NCBI RefSeq assembly: GCF_009914755.1
Contig: NC_060926.1
Direction: 5' to 3' (one strand)
DNA: 64,000 bases
Source of the DNA: the human T2T-CHM13v2.0 reference genome, Homo sapiens
Made by a program: the position numbers and the translations under genes. Each line of letters starts with the position of its first letter. Positions within the stretch are counted from its first letter, which is position 1. The notes below the pieces were generated by a model, which did not search any database, was not told the DNA's origin, and saw only the letters and a list, made by a program, of their open reading frames with translations. Of this stretch, positions 32,113 to 52,300 are shown piece by piece.

Positions 32113-35035
32113 AGAAATAGATACTTAGTACCTGGCTTCAAAGAGGTTGTAACATCTATAAGGAGCCAAATCATTTCTAAAGATTAATACTAATATAAGA
32201 TAGCATATTTGCATTGAGTTTAAAGGACTCAGACACAATTGTACTGACTACCTGCAACCTCTAGAATTAGTGTAGAGTTGTGATGCTTGTAGAGTTCTTT
32301 CATCAGATAAATAATCTTTGTTGGCCTTTATTCTCAATAGGTTTCACTCTTTCAAAAAAAAATCAGTAATTGCATCGCAAGTCTGTCAGATAATACTTTA
32401 ATTTAGAAAGTCTTTTTGAAATCAGTTAGTTTGGATAATACAGCATTACAGTTCCATAAAGCCAAGGTCTCCAAAAGTCAATGCCTGTGCTTAAGAATGT
32501 AAGTTACATTAACTTCATTCTTTAACACCATGAAACATATAAATTTCAATGGAAGAAGTGTTTCTGGGCACTGGCGTTTTATGAACGGGTTATACATATA
32601 TCTATAAGAAATGTGTGTGCATGGGTGTTCAGAAACATTATAACAATGTAGTTTAGATATGAGTAATGCTGGCCAATTGGGCACATGCAAGTTTGGTTTC
32701 CTGTGGAATACTACCTATTTCAGTATGCCTCTCCTTATTTTCTGGATTCTTAAGTTGCTATAGTTTTTCCCAAGGATATATACATATACATGGATGTTTA
32801 TACTAGGTTCTTTTATAAAAGAGCTAGTGACATGGAATAGTCATTCTTTAAAATATAACAAAAATAACTGGTAAATGTGAAAATTAGACTTGGATACCTA
32901 TATATCAAAAGCTACCCTTGAGTACTTTCAGAGACCCAATAGGAAAAAAAAGCTCGTATAAGTGATTATTGCCTTCACATTAGCACCCAGTTTTTCAAAA
33001 TGGCTGGTACTTGCCAATATGCAAACAGAAGCATAATGTTTTACTAGGAGAATAGATGTTATAAAGATGTTGAAAAATGAACACCTTGAATTCATTAATC
33101 TTAAAAACATTGCAGAAAGGGAGCAAAAAACTATGCCTCTGTCTCCTCTCACGTGCTAAGAAACAAGAATGATATTAAAAAATTAGAGAACTGAATAAGC
33201 TTACCTTAGCCACAATAGCAAAGTAAAGGAGGAGGAATAACTGAAGAGATCATAGCAACAGAGCCATTGCTGGTTGCCTGTGTTAGCTGTGAAGAGAACA
33301 TTGGCAAATTAAATATCCAGGCCTCTGTAAAACCACTATCTAAGCTTCCTCCATTTATCTAAGCGAGGCTATCATCACCACCCACTTCTTCTGTTGCCTA
33401 CTGAACTGCTAAGAAATAATACATTTTGCAGATTTTAGTTTTATTGTCTTTATTTTGTTCTTTCTTATTTCCCCCACTTCAGGGGTCTTTTAGGAGATAT
33501 TTCACAACTATAGATAAAATTTCAGAGCTGGATGGAAGCCTAACAATACTTAACTTTTTTTACTCCAACTTGCATCTAGTTATTGCACTTACGTGTTTCC
33601 TTGTTGTTCAGCGTGTTGTTGATTTTTGAACAATACTGTTTACTTCCTTGATTAGCTCTCTGATTTATAGCTTAGGTAAAGCTCACACATGTCCTGGCCA
33701 CAGATATCACACAATATTTTATTTTGGCACCAGGTTGACATTACACACTGTTCGTTGTAGTTCCATTTCAGAGAACAGTCCACCCCCATCTACACCACAT
33801 GCCTGGCATTGATCTAGGTGAAGCTACATAGCCACAAAGGGTGTTCATTATGGACACCATGACGGAATGCCATGACACACAAGTGCAGAACCACTGATCT
33901 TCTCAAACTCCTCATTTGACATATAATACAAATGAGTCATAAAGAGTAGACATGATCTCCTTAAGTCAGTGGCAGGTGTGGGATAGGAATCCAAGTTTCT
34001 CACTTTCCAGTGTCCTTTTCATTGCTTCCATGCTAAAGAGGGAAACTCAAAAAAGCAGTTATAGTTCCAAGCACTGAATCATAATCCTGCACAATGGGAA
34101 GCTAACAGCGTCTTGTTTGCTGAAGCCCTGTGTAACTTTCTCAGGCTTAAAAACACAAGGAAGCATAGGTGTTGCGGGAAATTATATGACTGACCTACCA
34201 CCAATAGATAAGGTATGTTGTGCAAATCTTCTAGGGAGGGATTTTTTAATTTGCAGTGATCAGTTGATTTGCTCCTGCCTGAGCATTTTATTTAGGATTC
34301 TATTCTTAGACTGTGGAATGTAACTTCTCTGTATGAAACTACCTGACCCATATGAGATTTTACTTAAGACTTTGGCCATATCAGCACTATTTTAACTGGA
34401 ATGAGTCTCCTAGTAGCTCGTATCCAAACCATCCACCTTTGGCCACACAGATGAATGGGCATTCTACCTGAAGGCCACCTGAAGAGCAGAACAAGCTTTT
34501 GTTCCCAGTCCCACCAGTGACTTATGACACCTTAGCAAAGCCTTCTTCCCCATATTTTCTTCCCCCTAAAACTGTCCCCACAGGTGGTATTTTCACTGGA
34601 AGGGAGTGGTGAGTAACTTGTTTTTATGTTTGCAAGGGTAAAATAATAAATGTTTTAATGCTATTATTAAATGTCTAATTTTAAAATAAGAAGCCTCCTA
34701 GAAATTTGTCTTACAAGCTCTCTGGAACTCTCTGGAACCCTCAGGTTTACATTCTGTATCTGTCTTGCGCATGTCTTTCAGATAGAATACCTTCCATTTC
34801 CTGTCAAACTCATGTTAAGCTTTCACAATCTAGCTCATTCATTGACTACTCTTCAGTTTTTGTTTTCCTCATTCTCTCATGAAAACTTAGTATTCTGTCC
34901 CCTTGTGTCACTTTATTCAGAGATTTATTCTAACACTCACCAGTTTCAATCGCAATGAATTGTTTATATGTCAGCCTTTCCCCTTCCCCCCAAGAGCTTC
35001 TCTGGGCTGTCTTCTCCTTAAAACAAAGAACTGTA

Positions 35036-35255
35036 TAGTTGGCTCTTGAACAATGTTGGTTTGAACTGTGCAGGTCCACTTATACACAGGTTTGTTTTTT
35101 TTTTTTCAAACAAATGCAGATAAAAAATACAATATTGGTTGGATGCAAAACTGCATATATGGAGGGCCAACTTTTCATATATGTGGGTTCTTCAGGGCTG
35201 AGTGCGTAGGTTTTGGTATACTAGGGGGTACTAGAATGAATCCCTCATATATACT
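35036..35255. mobile_element. MER8, second copy
   Basis: agttggctcttgaacaatgttggtttgaactgtgcaggtccacttata; reverse-complement homologue of 3841-4066. Confidence 0.8.
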
Positions 35256-35386
35256 AATTGCATTCTATTCATCTTTATAAGGCCCATAGAAGGCCTTTAC
35301 TGTATTATTTCAAAGTATGAATAACATGAGCATCATTAAACAAAAGGTCCCCTATTTCAAAACTGTCCCCCTTACCTGGACACTAG

Positions 35387-35750
<364 letters not shown>

Positions 35751-36920
35751 TAGATAGCTTCTTATACCATATAAACATCTCACCTGAGTGAATTAATAAA
35801 TTTCTTTGTCCATTAACAAATTACACCTGGATTAAGTATCAGAAGAATAGTAACCTGAAGGTTTGGAACAAAAACAAAAGGAGATTTGATGAGAATATGG
35901 AGGAGGTGTGTACTGCATGGAAAAGTTCAAGGGTGGGACAATGAAGTAGGGGGAATTAGATATTGGGATAGGGAGGAGACAGCATTAAAGCCATGTTGCA
36001 CCTTCAGAAGTGGAAATAGAGAGGTGAAAAGGGATGTGGGGAATTTGAATACATCCTTTGCCTAAATTATGATTTTGCCCAGGACCATCCCTGATTGCTC
36101 TGAGATTGGAATAAGCCATTCTCACACCTCATGACATGGGTGCTGACAGACATGTGTATGTGGCTTTTATTTTATTGTATTTTTAAATGGGTCAGGTCTT
36201 CTTGGGTAGATATTGGGTAGATGTCAGTAGTATAGGCTCTTGTACTTTTGTGAACACACATCAGGCCATGTGACAGCCATGTTATTTTCAAGCAAACTCC
36301 ACCAAGAAAATAATGGGAAGAGCTTTCTTCATCTGGCTCTAAAAGGAAATTCTCCTCGTTAAAAGAGACTGACCTACTGCCGACGTGGCAATAAAATGCA
36401 GAAAACAGAGCAACTCCACTATTGACTGTGTTAGGAAAGAGAAGCCTTGTTAGCTCCTTGAAACAGTCTGGGATTCAGTATAGTTGTTTGCTGGACTGAC
36501 ATCCTGTTTATGAGTTTTAAAGCTTAAGGAGAAAGGAAGGAGTTAACTATTTTTTCCCTAGCTCTACAATTTGAGATCTCTGGGTCACAAATCTTTAAAG
36601 CTGTAGTTTATATTCTAAAGAAAAAAGTCAGTGAAAACATTGGTTTGGCTTTCTTTAAGCAAATAGTGTAAAGGTGTTAATTATGCAGAAATTCCTTAAA
36701 ATGCCAGACAATTACCAATTAAAAGTCAATACAGTAATAGGGAAGGGATTTCTTTGGGGCTTTGAATTTGCCACATGCAAGATAAAGTTGTAGATTCAGA
36801 AAAGAGAGTGAATTTGTTATCTGTGCATACCTTTCTTCAATAAAACCGATGGGAGGATAGTCTGGTCTCTTACTTACTCTTGATTCCTTCCCTCCACAAA
36901 ACTACAATCCCTTCTATATA

Positions 36921-38954
<2,034 letters not shown>

Positions 38955-39373
38955 TATATAAATTATCCATGTTCTTTTCATAAGACATTAGGTCATGTCC
39001 AAGTGGGCTGGGAACTCTTCCATCCTGCTCTGCCCATTTATTGATATTAACGTGAAAGCTGTAGATAAATGCTAAGGGAGAAAGTAAAAACTGCAGAACA
39101 AAATTTAACATTACACATGATCTCCTTTTCTTGGCTTCCTACAGCTGTGTCATATTTTGTGGCTATCTTAAGTTACTTCAATTTATCGAATCTAAAATAA
39201 ATCCTTCTTATAAATTTAGGAGAGATGGTTATGTGAAGATGAACTAAGATTTTTTAGTATACAAAATACTATAGGTTTGTGTTTTTTTGAGAATGGGTCT
39301 TGCTCTGTTGCCCAGGCTAGAGTACAGTGGTGTGATCATGGCTCACTGCAGCCTCAACCTCCCGGGCTCAACT

Positions 39374-39840
39374 TGTTATATATAAAGTTTTGGTGCTGCA
39401 AAAGGAATAGCACTCGAATATAAAATTTTCTTTTTGATTCTCAGCAAGGCAAGGTACTTCTGTATAGAAGGGTTCACCCTTACAGATGGAACAATGGTGA
39501 GCGCACACTTGGACAAGGGAGGGGAAGGGGTTCTTATTCCTGACGCACGTGGCCCCTGCTGCTGTGTCATTCCCCTATTGGCTAGGGTTAGACCACACAG
39601 GCTAAGCTAATTCTGATTGGCTAATGTAAAGAGAATGACGGGTGAGTGCTTTAGTGGGAGTCAGGGCAGAGAAGGTAGCAGGTAATTGGAATGAGTTAGG
39701 GTGGAGCAGGTGATCAGAATGAGTCAGGGTGGAGTAGGTAATTGAAAAAGGTTGCTTTACGAGGAAGTTAAGTTTAGAAGGCAAAGAATTGAACATACTG
39801 ACATATTCTTTGAAAAGAAATTTAGAACTCATATCTAACA
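39374..39840 (-). mobile_element. LTR10F-type solo LTR (HERVIP10 group) inserted inside an antisense AluJ (about 39280-39373 and 39841-40038)
   Basis: The minus strand starts TGTTAGATATGAGTTCTAAATTTCTTTTCAAAGAAT. TGTTA...TAACA termini. 28-bp internal repeat. The Alu halves are colinear across the insert. Confidence 0.88.
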
Positions 39841-42341
39841 AACAGATCCTACCACTTCAGCCTCCTAAGTAGCTGGGACCACAGGCGTGGCACCACGCCC
39901 AGTTAATTTTTAAAACTTTTTGTAGAAATGGGGTCTCACTATGTTGCCCAAGCTGGTCTCAAATTCCTGGGCTTAGGTGATCCTTCCACTTGGACTCCCC
40001 AGATTCTGGGATTACAGGTGAGAGCCACTGTACTTAGCTACTATAGTATTTTTTATAGTATGTTTGTATACAACTATGTACTGAATTTAACTCCTTGCAT
40101 TTTTGTTAGCTACAGTGTTATAAACTGAAATTGGAACATGTTAATTACTGCAAGTATTGCACTAGCGTAGGTCTGTCTCAAGCTTGCTCCCAAACATTAC
40201 CAGCCCAACTCACTGATAAGATAAAGTGGAGGTTATTGCTTCCCACCACCTCTCAAAGCTTTGGCAATGTCTTGGAGAAGGGAAGTCAAGGTCAGAGTTT
40301 GTTGAGAAATCGTTTATTTTTAGGAGGGTCTTTCAAAGTGAGGGCCTTTGATTAGGACTGGGTAAGGATCATAGTGCAGCAGTCCAGGGCTGGTGGAAAC
40401 AGCAAGGGGAGGACTTTGAAAGGAGAGATGATAGGAATCATAGGGAATGAACTGTCAGGTTGATCCTTTCCATGGAAGAGCTGATGAGTCTTTCAGGAAG
40501 TTTCTGTAATGAGCAATCTAACCATTTGCCTGGGCTTGGAGACTCCTGAAAAAAGAAAGTCCTACTAATGGAGACAGGAATTACACAAAGTCATCGTATT
40601 GTAGACAGTAAGATGTGGTTTCCGTTCTCAGTGTCTAAGCTGAATGTGGGCTACGTGGTTTCAGTTCTCAGGTCTACTGCGATGTAACTTAATCTTGTAA
40701 CAGATGAACTGAAGCATCTGATTTTTATTTACTGCTCCTTATCTTTGTAGCTATTTGACACAAACAGCTTTTTACATTTCAGCATTGCTTTGCAATCATT
40801 TCTTAGTTTATTAGCCTATTTCTTGTGTTTGGAGAGAAAATTAAAATCGGAAAATTTCTCAAACAAATGCCCACCAACAATCACCACTGGAACCCAGCTA
40901 CAAGTCCTATAAACCCAGAGGGTGCAGCAGAGGGAGACTGAATTCTATGTTTGATTATTTAATACAACAACCTGTCCTTTGGGGCAGTTAGTAAAAGATG
41001 ACTACAGGTGACACCCTGGGTTCTGGGTACTTTCCAAGCAAGGAAAATCCTCTGAAGCAGGCGGAAAATTGCCGTCTTTTAAAAGTTCCAGCTCTGTCTT
41101 CAGACCACTTGTGTCTTTTCTTTTAAGTTGGAAGCAGGGAAATTGTGTGAGATCTTTGTAATCTCCAATTCAGATTCTCTCTTAACACAGTTCCCACATA
41201 GGATATAAATTCCATTAGATGCCTCTGACTTCCGTTTTCTCCTTCCAACACAGGACACATGTTGGTAGTTGCAGTTTTGAGAAGCACAGAAGGGTGTTCT
41301 GGGGCAATGAGCAATGCTTAGCTGGGAGGAGGCTGTCTAGGGGGTGAAGCACTGAGGATGCTTAACATTTGAAAGAAGTGTGAACACTATTTACATTTAA
41401 ATTAAAATGGAAACTTTGGTTATGTTTCTGAAAGGTGTGTGTGCGCATCTGCTGAGGTCTATTGTTTATTCATGCTGTAAATCCTTTGAAATGTGTTAAA
41501 ATGCTTCCCACTCATTATAAAGCTCCTGCCACCCCTGGATTACGACTTTGATGTCACCAATCCTGCTTCAAAGGGTTCTTTCTGGGCTATTAATCACAGT
41601 TTAGCCTCTGAAGATATCGCCAGAGAAAACATTTGGACATCTTTGTGCTAGACTTGCTGAAACTTTGAAATCTTGAGCATCTTGCATATGCACAAATTGC
41701 AGCACTTCCTTTCATTAACAACTTTTTATTTTGCTACAGAATCAAATGACACTGTAGGTAAAAATGCAAACAAATCTCTTCACACACTTGGTTTGGGGGA
41801 AGAACAATCAGAGAAGTGGTGAAGGGTGTGTGGGGTAGTGAACAGGCCATTCAGACTCTTCAAAGGTAAAAAGTGGGAGGAATCTGAGTAGCCAAGAGTT
41901 GCCCTATCATTTTTTCTCACCTTTCATAGTTTTTTTGACTAGCCAGTGATCACACAGAGATTTGGTGTGATTTCCTGGTCTTTTCTTGCTCTCTCCTTTG
42001 AGACCTTTGTGAACAGTTCACAGCAAATAATAATAAAATACTACCTAATGTGAAATGAATAGTTGCCCTGCTCTAGTCCTGTGTTGGCAGTGCTTTTTGT
42101 AAGTTGTCTTGTTGAATCCCCATAATAACTCTTATGGGAGGAAAACAGGTGGTACTGTTTTCTTATTATGGACTAGGAAACTGAGGCTTTGAGAAGTCAA
42201 CTTGTTCAAAGTCACACTCCTGACAAATGCAAAGCCCTGCAAAACTTCATTGGCCCCCAGGACTCAGAAGCTGCTGTCTCCCACTCCCTACCCCACTGAT
42301 TCACTGGGGGTGGCCAGGTTTCTCCTTACGTGCAGAGAGAT

Positions 42342-42845
42342 TGATGGGGTTTAGGGCTCACTGTCCCAAAATATGGCCCCTTGACCTATTGAATATTTTA
42401 AGCTGAAGGAATTTGAGAAAATGACAGATGCAGGAATGTCACTCTTAGCCCCCACCCCCTTCTCCCTTGAAGCAGGTCATAAAATCTAGGAAGGTTTTTT
42501 CTGACCTTCTCCTAAAGCAGGCTGTAAGACTCTCATGTAGGAGCTGCTCTTCCTATACCCACAGAAAAGAAGCGTCTTTATCTCTGCGGACACAAGGACA
42601 CAGAGAAGAATCTGAACAAATAGGCCTTGCTAAGTTTCATTAGTTTCTTACCATTAGATGATACTTTTTCCTATCATATTTCTTTACTACTCTCCTTTTT
42701 GTTTCCTTATAAAGGCTCTAGTGTCAACTAAAACTTACATTAAGTAAATTTTTATGCTTTTCACTTAGTAATCTGTCCTTTGTTATAAGTGCCTCAACCA
42801 TGAACCTAGGATGGGTAGAGAAAAAGATATTTTTCCTCCCCTGAA
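42342..42845 (+). mobile_element. Solo ERV1 LTR, MER34-group
   Basis: cccaaaatatggcc...ttgaatattttaagctgaaggaatttgagaa start and ttttcctccc end, typical of MER34-group LTRs. Exact subfamily uncertain. Confidence 0.6.
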
Positions 42846-43009
42846 GGATCCTTACTGCCCAGTCTACTAATCAGTGTCTGTGTCCTCAACCCTCACAATG
42901 GCGCGCTCTATCGTCTAACTTCTTTCTCGGGAAAACTTCCTTCAGCACCTTTTTTCTTCCATATTCATCTTTTTCAATGATTAGCAGTGTCCCAGTTGGA
43001 GACTTTTTC

Positions 43010-47178
<4,169 letters not shown>

Positions 47179-47577
47179 TTTTTTTGTGGACATATATTTT
47201 TATTTCTCTTTGGTAAATATCTGGAAGTGTTATCTCGGAGCTATATGAATTTATGCTTACTTTATAATAAATTTTCCACCTGATTTCAACAGTAGCTCTA
47301 ATATTTTGTATTCCTATCAGCAATGAAGGTTCCAGTTGTTCCTAATACTTGTGAACACGTGTTATTGTCTGCCTTTTTTATTTTAGCCATAATAGCAGGT
47401 ATGTAGAGCTGTATCATTATGGTTTTTATTTCTACTTCCCTAATGACTAATTAAGTTAAAGTTATATCATGTGCTTATTTGCCCTTTGAGTATCTTCTTC
47501 AGTGAAGTTTCTGTTCAAATATATTGCCCATTTATTAATTGATTGTCCCTCTTCTTGTTATTTAGTAGGAGGTGTTC

Positions 47578-48752
47578 TTTTTTTTTTTTTTTAATTATAC
47601 TTGAAGTTCTAGGATACATGTGCACAACGTGCAGGTTTGTTACATAGTATACATGTGCTATGTTGGTGTGCTGCACCCATTAACTCATCATTTACATTAG
47701 GTATATCTCCTAATGCTATCCCTCCCCACTCCCCCCACTCCCCGACAGGTCCTGGTGTGTGATGTTCCCCACCCTGCGTCCAAGTGTTCTCATTGTTGAA
47801 TTCCCACCTATGAGTGAGAACATGCAGTATTTGGTTTTCTGTCCTTGCGATAGTTTGCTCAGAATGATGGTTTCCAGCTTCATCCATGTCACTACAAAGG
47901 ACATGAACTCATCCTTTTTTATGGCTGCATAGTATTCCATGGTGTATATGTGCCACATTTTCTTAATCCAGTCTTTCATTGATGGATGTTTGGGTTGGTT
48001 CCAAGTCTTTGCTATTGTGAATAGTGCCGCAATAAACATACATGTGCATGTGTCTTTATAGCAGCATGATTTATAATCCTTTAGGTATATGCCCAGTAAT
48101 GGGATAGCTGGGTCAAATGGTATTTCTAGTTCTAGATCCCTGAGGACTCGCCACACTGTCTTCCACAATGGTTGAACAGTCCCACCAATAGTGTAAAAGT
48201 GTTCCTATTTCTCCACATCCTCTCCAGCACCTGTTGTTTCCTGACTTTTTAATGACCGCCATTCTAACTGGCGTGAGATGGTATCTCATTGTGGTTTTGA
48301 TTTGCATTTCTCTGATGGCCAGTGATGATGAGCATTTTTTCATGTGTCTTTTGGCTGCATAAATGTCTTCTTTTGAGAAGTGTCTGTTCATATCCTTTGC
48401 CCACTTTTTGATGGGGTTGTTTGATTTTTTCTTGTAAATTTAAGTTCTTTATAGATTCTGGATATTAGCCCTTTGTTAGATGGGTAGATTGTAAAAATTT
48501 TCTCCCATTCTGTAGGTTGCCTGTTCACTCTGATGGTAGTTTCTTTTGCTGTGCAGAATCTCTTTAGTTTAATTAGATCCCATTTGTCAATTTTGGCTTT
48601 TGTTGCCATTGCTTTTGGTGTTTTAGTCATGAAGTCCTTGCCCATGCCTATGGCCTGAATGGTATTGCTTAGGTTTTCTTCTAGGGTTTTTATGGTTATA
48701 GGTCTAACATTTAAATCTTTAATCCATCTTGAATTAATTTTTGTATAAGGTG
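47578..48752 (-). mobile_element. 5'-truncated primate L1PA (about PA4-PA6) 3' end with poly(A)
   Basis: Broken ORF2 C-terminal ORFs ([28 protein letters not shown]; [30 protein letters not shown]). L1PA 3'UTR and T-tract at 47578-47592. Confidence 0.96.
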
Positions 48753-49047
48753 AATTTCCTTTTATTTCTAATTTGTTCAGTGAATTTAATAATTTTATGT
48801 TCTTTTTGCTTATAAAATGAATATAAATTCAATTTATAAGTTACTTACAAATTATTTTAAACTTATAAATAATTATTATAATTTATAATTTATATCATCA
48901 AAGTGTCAAAATTTTCCAAATTTTAAAAATTCAGAGCAGATTGTTTTGAAAATTCAGAAAAATACAAGGACCCAAAGGGAAAAATTACTCATGATCCTAT
49001 TTCTTAACTTTTCCTTTAATTTATGTTCTTTGTGGTCTCTTTCTCAG

Positions 49048-49127
49048 GTAATTTGGCCCAGACAAGAGCTAGGATAACAGTGGCCTCAAGTTCTTTGCCT
49101 CCACATTTCAGTGCTGGGAAAGCCAAG
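49048..49127 (+). CDS. MYO3B: MYO3B exon (80 nt), loop-2 region: (G)[26 protein letters not shown]
   Basis: Not in the ORF track; read by hand. Long pyrimidine tract ttctcag|GT, strong donor AAG|gtgagt. Phase-1 start matches the preceding exon across a 36,103-nt intron (12945-49047). Peptide matches my recollection of MYO3B. Confidence 0.92.
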
Positions 49128-50038
49128 GTGAGTAACAGATTTGCACCAAATATAGTATGGACTGGCAGGTACTCTTGACCCAGGGATAATCTTAGAGTGG
49201 GCAGCATTAGTTCCCTTCAAGCAGCCCTCTGCCTGGGCAGTCTAGTAGAGAGATTAAAGGCATTTAGGAAATCAGGGGTTAGGAAATTGGAAACATCATG
49301 GAATCCTTACAATCCTGATTCTCAGAAAGAGCACTTAAGAACAATGCTACCTGAAAAAATAAAGTCTAAGAAAAGATAAAGCATTTCTCTGACACTACCA
49401 GCAAGCTAGTGGACCAAATGGAATCAGGGAGGAAAGAAACTACAGTGTTTCCTATTGCTCTCCTTTGCCCTCTGAAAAATGAGTTGTACACTCATCTGTG
49501 CAAAGGAGTTATTAGAAGGGTTAAAAAATATCCAGCTGTAAAATATGTCTTTAACTGTTCTATCCTTCCAGCTAAAGTTTAACAAGAGTCTTAAGGACTG
49601 CTTGGTTAATATTCATTGTAAGTGCCAACAGAGAAACACAGTTATCTTGAAGGTGTTGGAGTAAAGGCTGGTCACGTTTCTGAATTTTCTTATCTTTTGG
49701 TTTACACTGAAAATTTATTTAATAAAGAATAAACAATTTGGCCACACGTTAATACTGTTGAATAGTATTCCAAAATTGATACAGATGTACATATTTATAT
49801 TTACTTTTCTTGAGAATAAAAGACTTATTTGCAGAGTAGGAACTCAAATCATTTTTTGTTAAAAATAATTTTTTACCAATATTGCTATTATAATTCATTG
49901 TAATACCCTACATTTCAACCTTGCTACTTCACGGCAAAACATTAGTACTATCTGGGCATCTAGAAGGATTTACACAGGAGTTTCAGTGGTTCTGATGGCC
50001 TCTTGATAGCGCATGTAAAATTTTATCTGTATTTAATA

Positions 50039-51309
<1,271 letters not shown>

Positions 51310-51785
51310 TCTTTGTGGTTTTTTGGAGTCACTGGCTTCCACCAGTTCTAAAAGGGATTATGACACAGAAACATTAAAGAACCCCGTGTCGTATTTCCTG
51401 TCAACCCACATTCCTCTCCTTTCCTCTGTTTGATTTTTGACTACTGGACTAAGGCATATCCCCTGCCTTCCACACCCATAGTACCAGCAAAGTGTTGCCT
51501 CCCTCCCTGTACTATCTACCATGGCTCAGACCCTGCCCACATGAAAAGTGTGCCTTCTAGTGTGTGGCATATATTTACGTTATTAATAATAATGTGTATG
51601 GGTCTGATGAAAATGACTAAAGATTTGTTTTCACTTAGAAAATGAGTTGAAAATCCTAATAATTAAGGCATCAAAAATATGAAGTGCAGTAATAGCAATA
51701 AAAAATGAAACAAAACCAACTCCAGTTACTATCTGACTTATCCAAGGTAAAATTACAGAAGTGGCCCTGGATAAAGCTCGGCTCT

Positions 51786-52300
51786 GTAAGTGTGGGGGAA
51801 AAGTAATATTGTTTCCTCACCCATCAAAAGGTTTATGGCTGAGACCTCTATAACAAAAAACAGATTAACAAGAGAAAAGCCTACAAATTTATTTAATATA
51901 AGTTTTAGATGACATGACAGCCATCAGATATGAAGACCCAAAGAAACAGGGAAATCTGTGTATTTTTGTGGTCAGTTGTACAGAATTATGACTGAAAAAC
52001 AAAAGGGTATGATTTAATGGTATTAAACTGGAGCTTACTTAGCAAGGACTGTTTGCTCAAATTCTTATTGGTGTCCCTATATGACATTCCTTACCTCTGG
52101 GTATTCCTTACCTCAGGTCAGGACATCTGTCACATGAGGGTCTTCAGGGGAGAAGGGAGGGAGAATGGCAGAGAGTGACCTTCCTAGGTATTCTGGCCTG
52201 CTTCAGAGAAGAGCTGTGGGAAGGTGAGAGTGGCCTTCCTGCTTCTGCTGTTTAAATGCCTAAGTCCCATGTTTGGGGATAGCATGTCCTTGACTCTGTC
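51786..52300 (-). mobile_element. Solo ERV1 LTR, MER34/LTR48-group
   Basis: acagattaacaagagaaaagcctacaaatttatttaat (reverse poly(A) signal region) and LTR-like length. Subfamily uncertain. Confidence 0.55.

Noticed and set aside
47609-48645. L1 ORF2 peptides as a functional retrotransposon gene
   Set aside because: The element is 5'-truncated to about 1.2 kb, frameshifted into several pieces, and has no promoter or RT core.
52086-52114. Short direct repeats (ATTCCTTACCTC twice; similar ones near 10536, 27831 and 56565)
   Set aside because: These are ordinary 10-12-bp slippage duplications with no sign of function.
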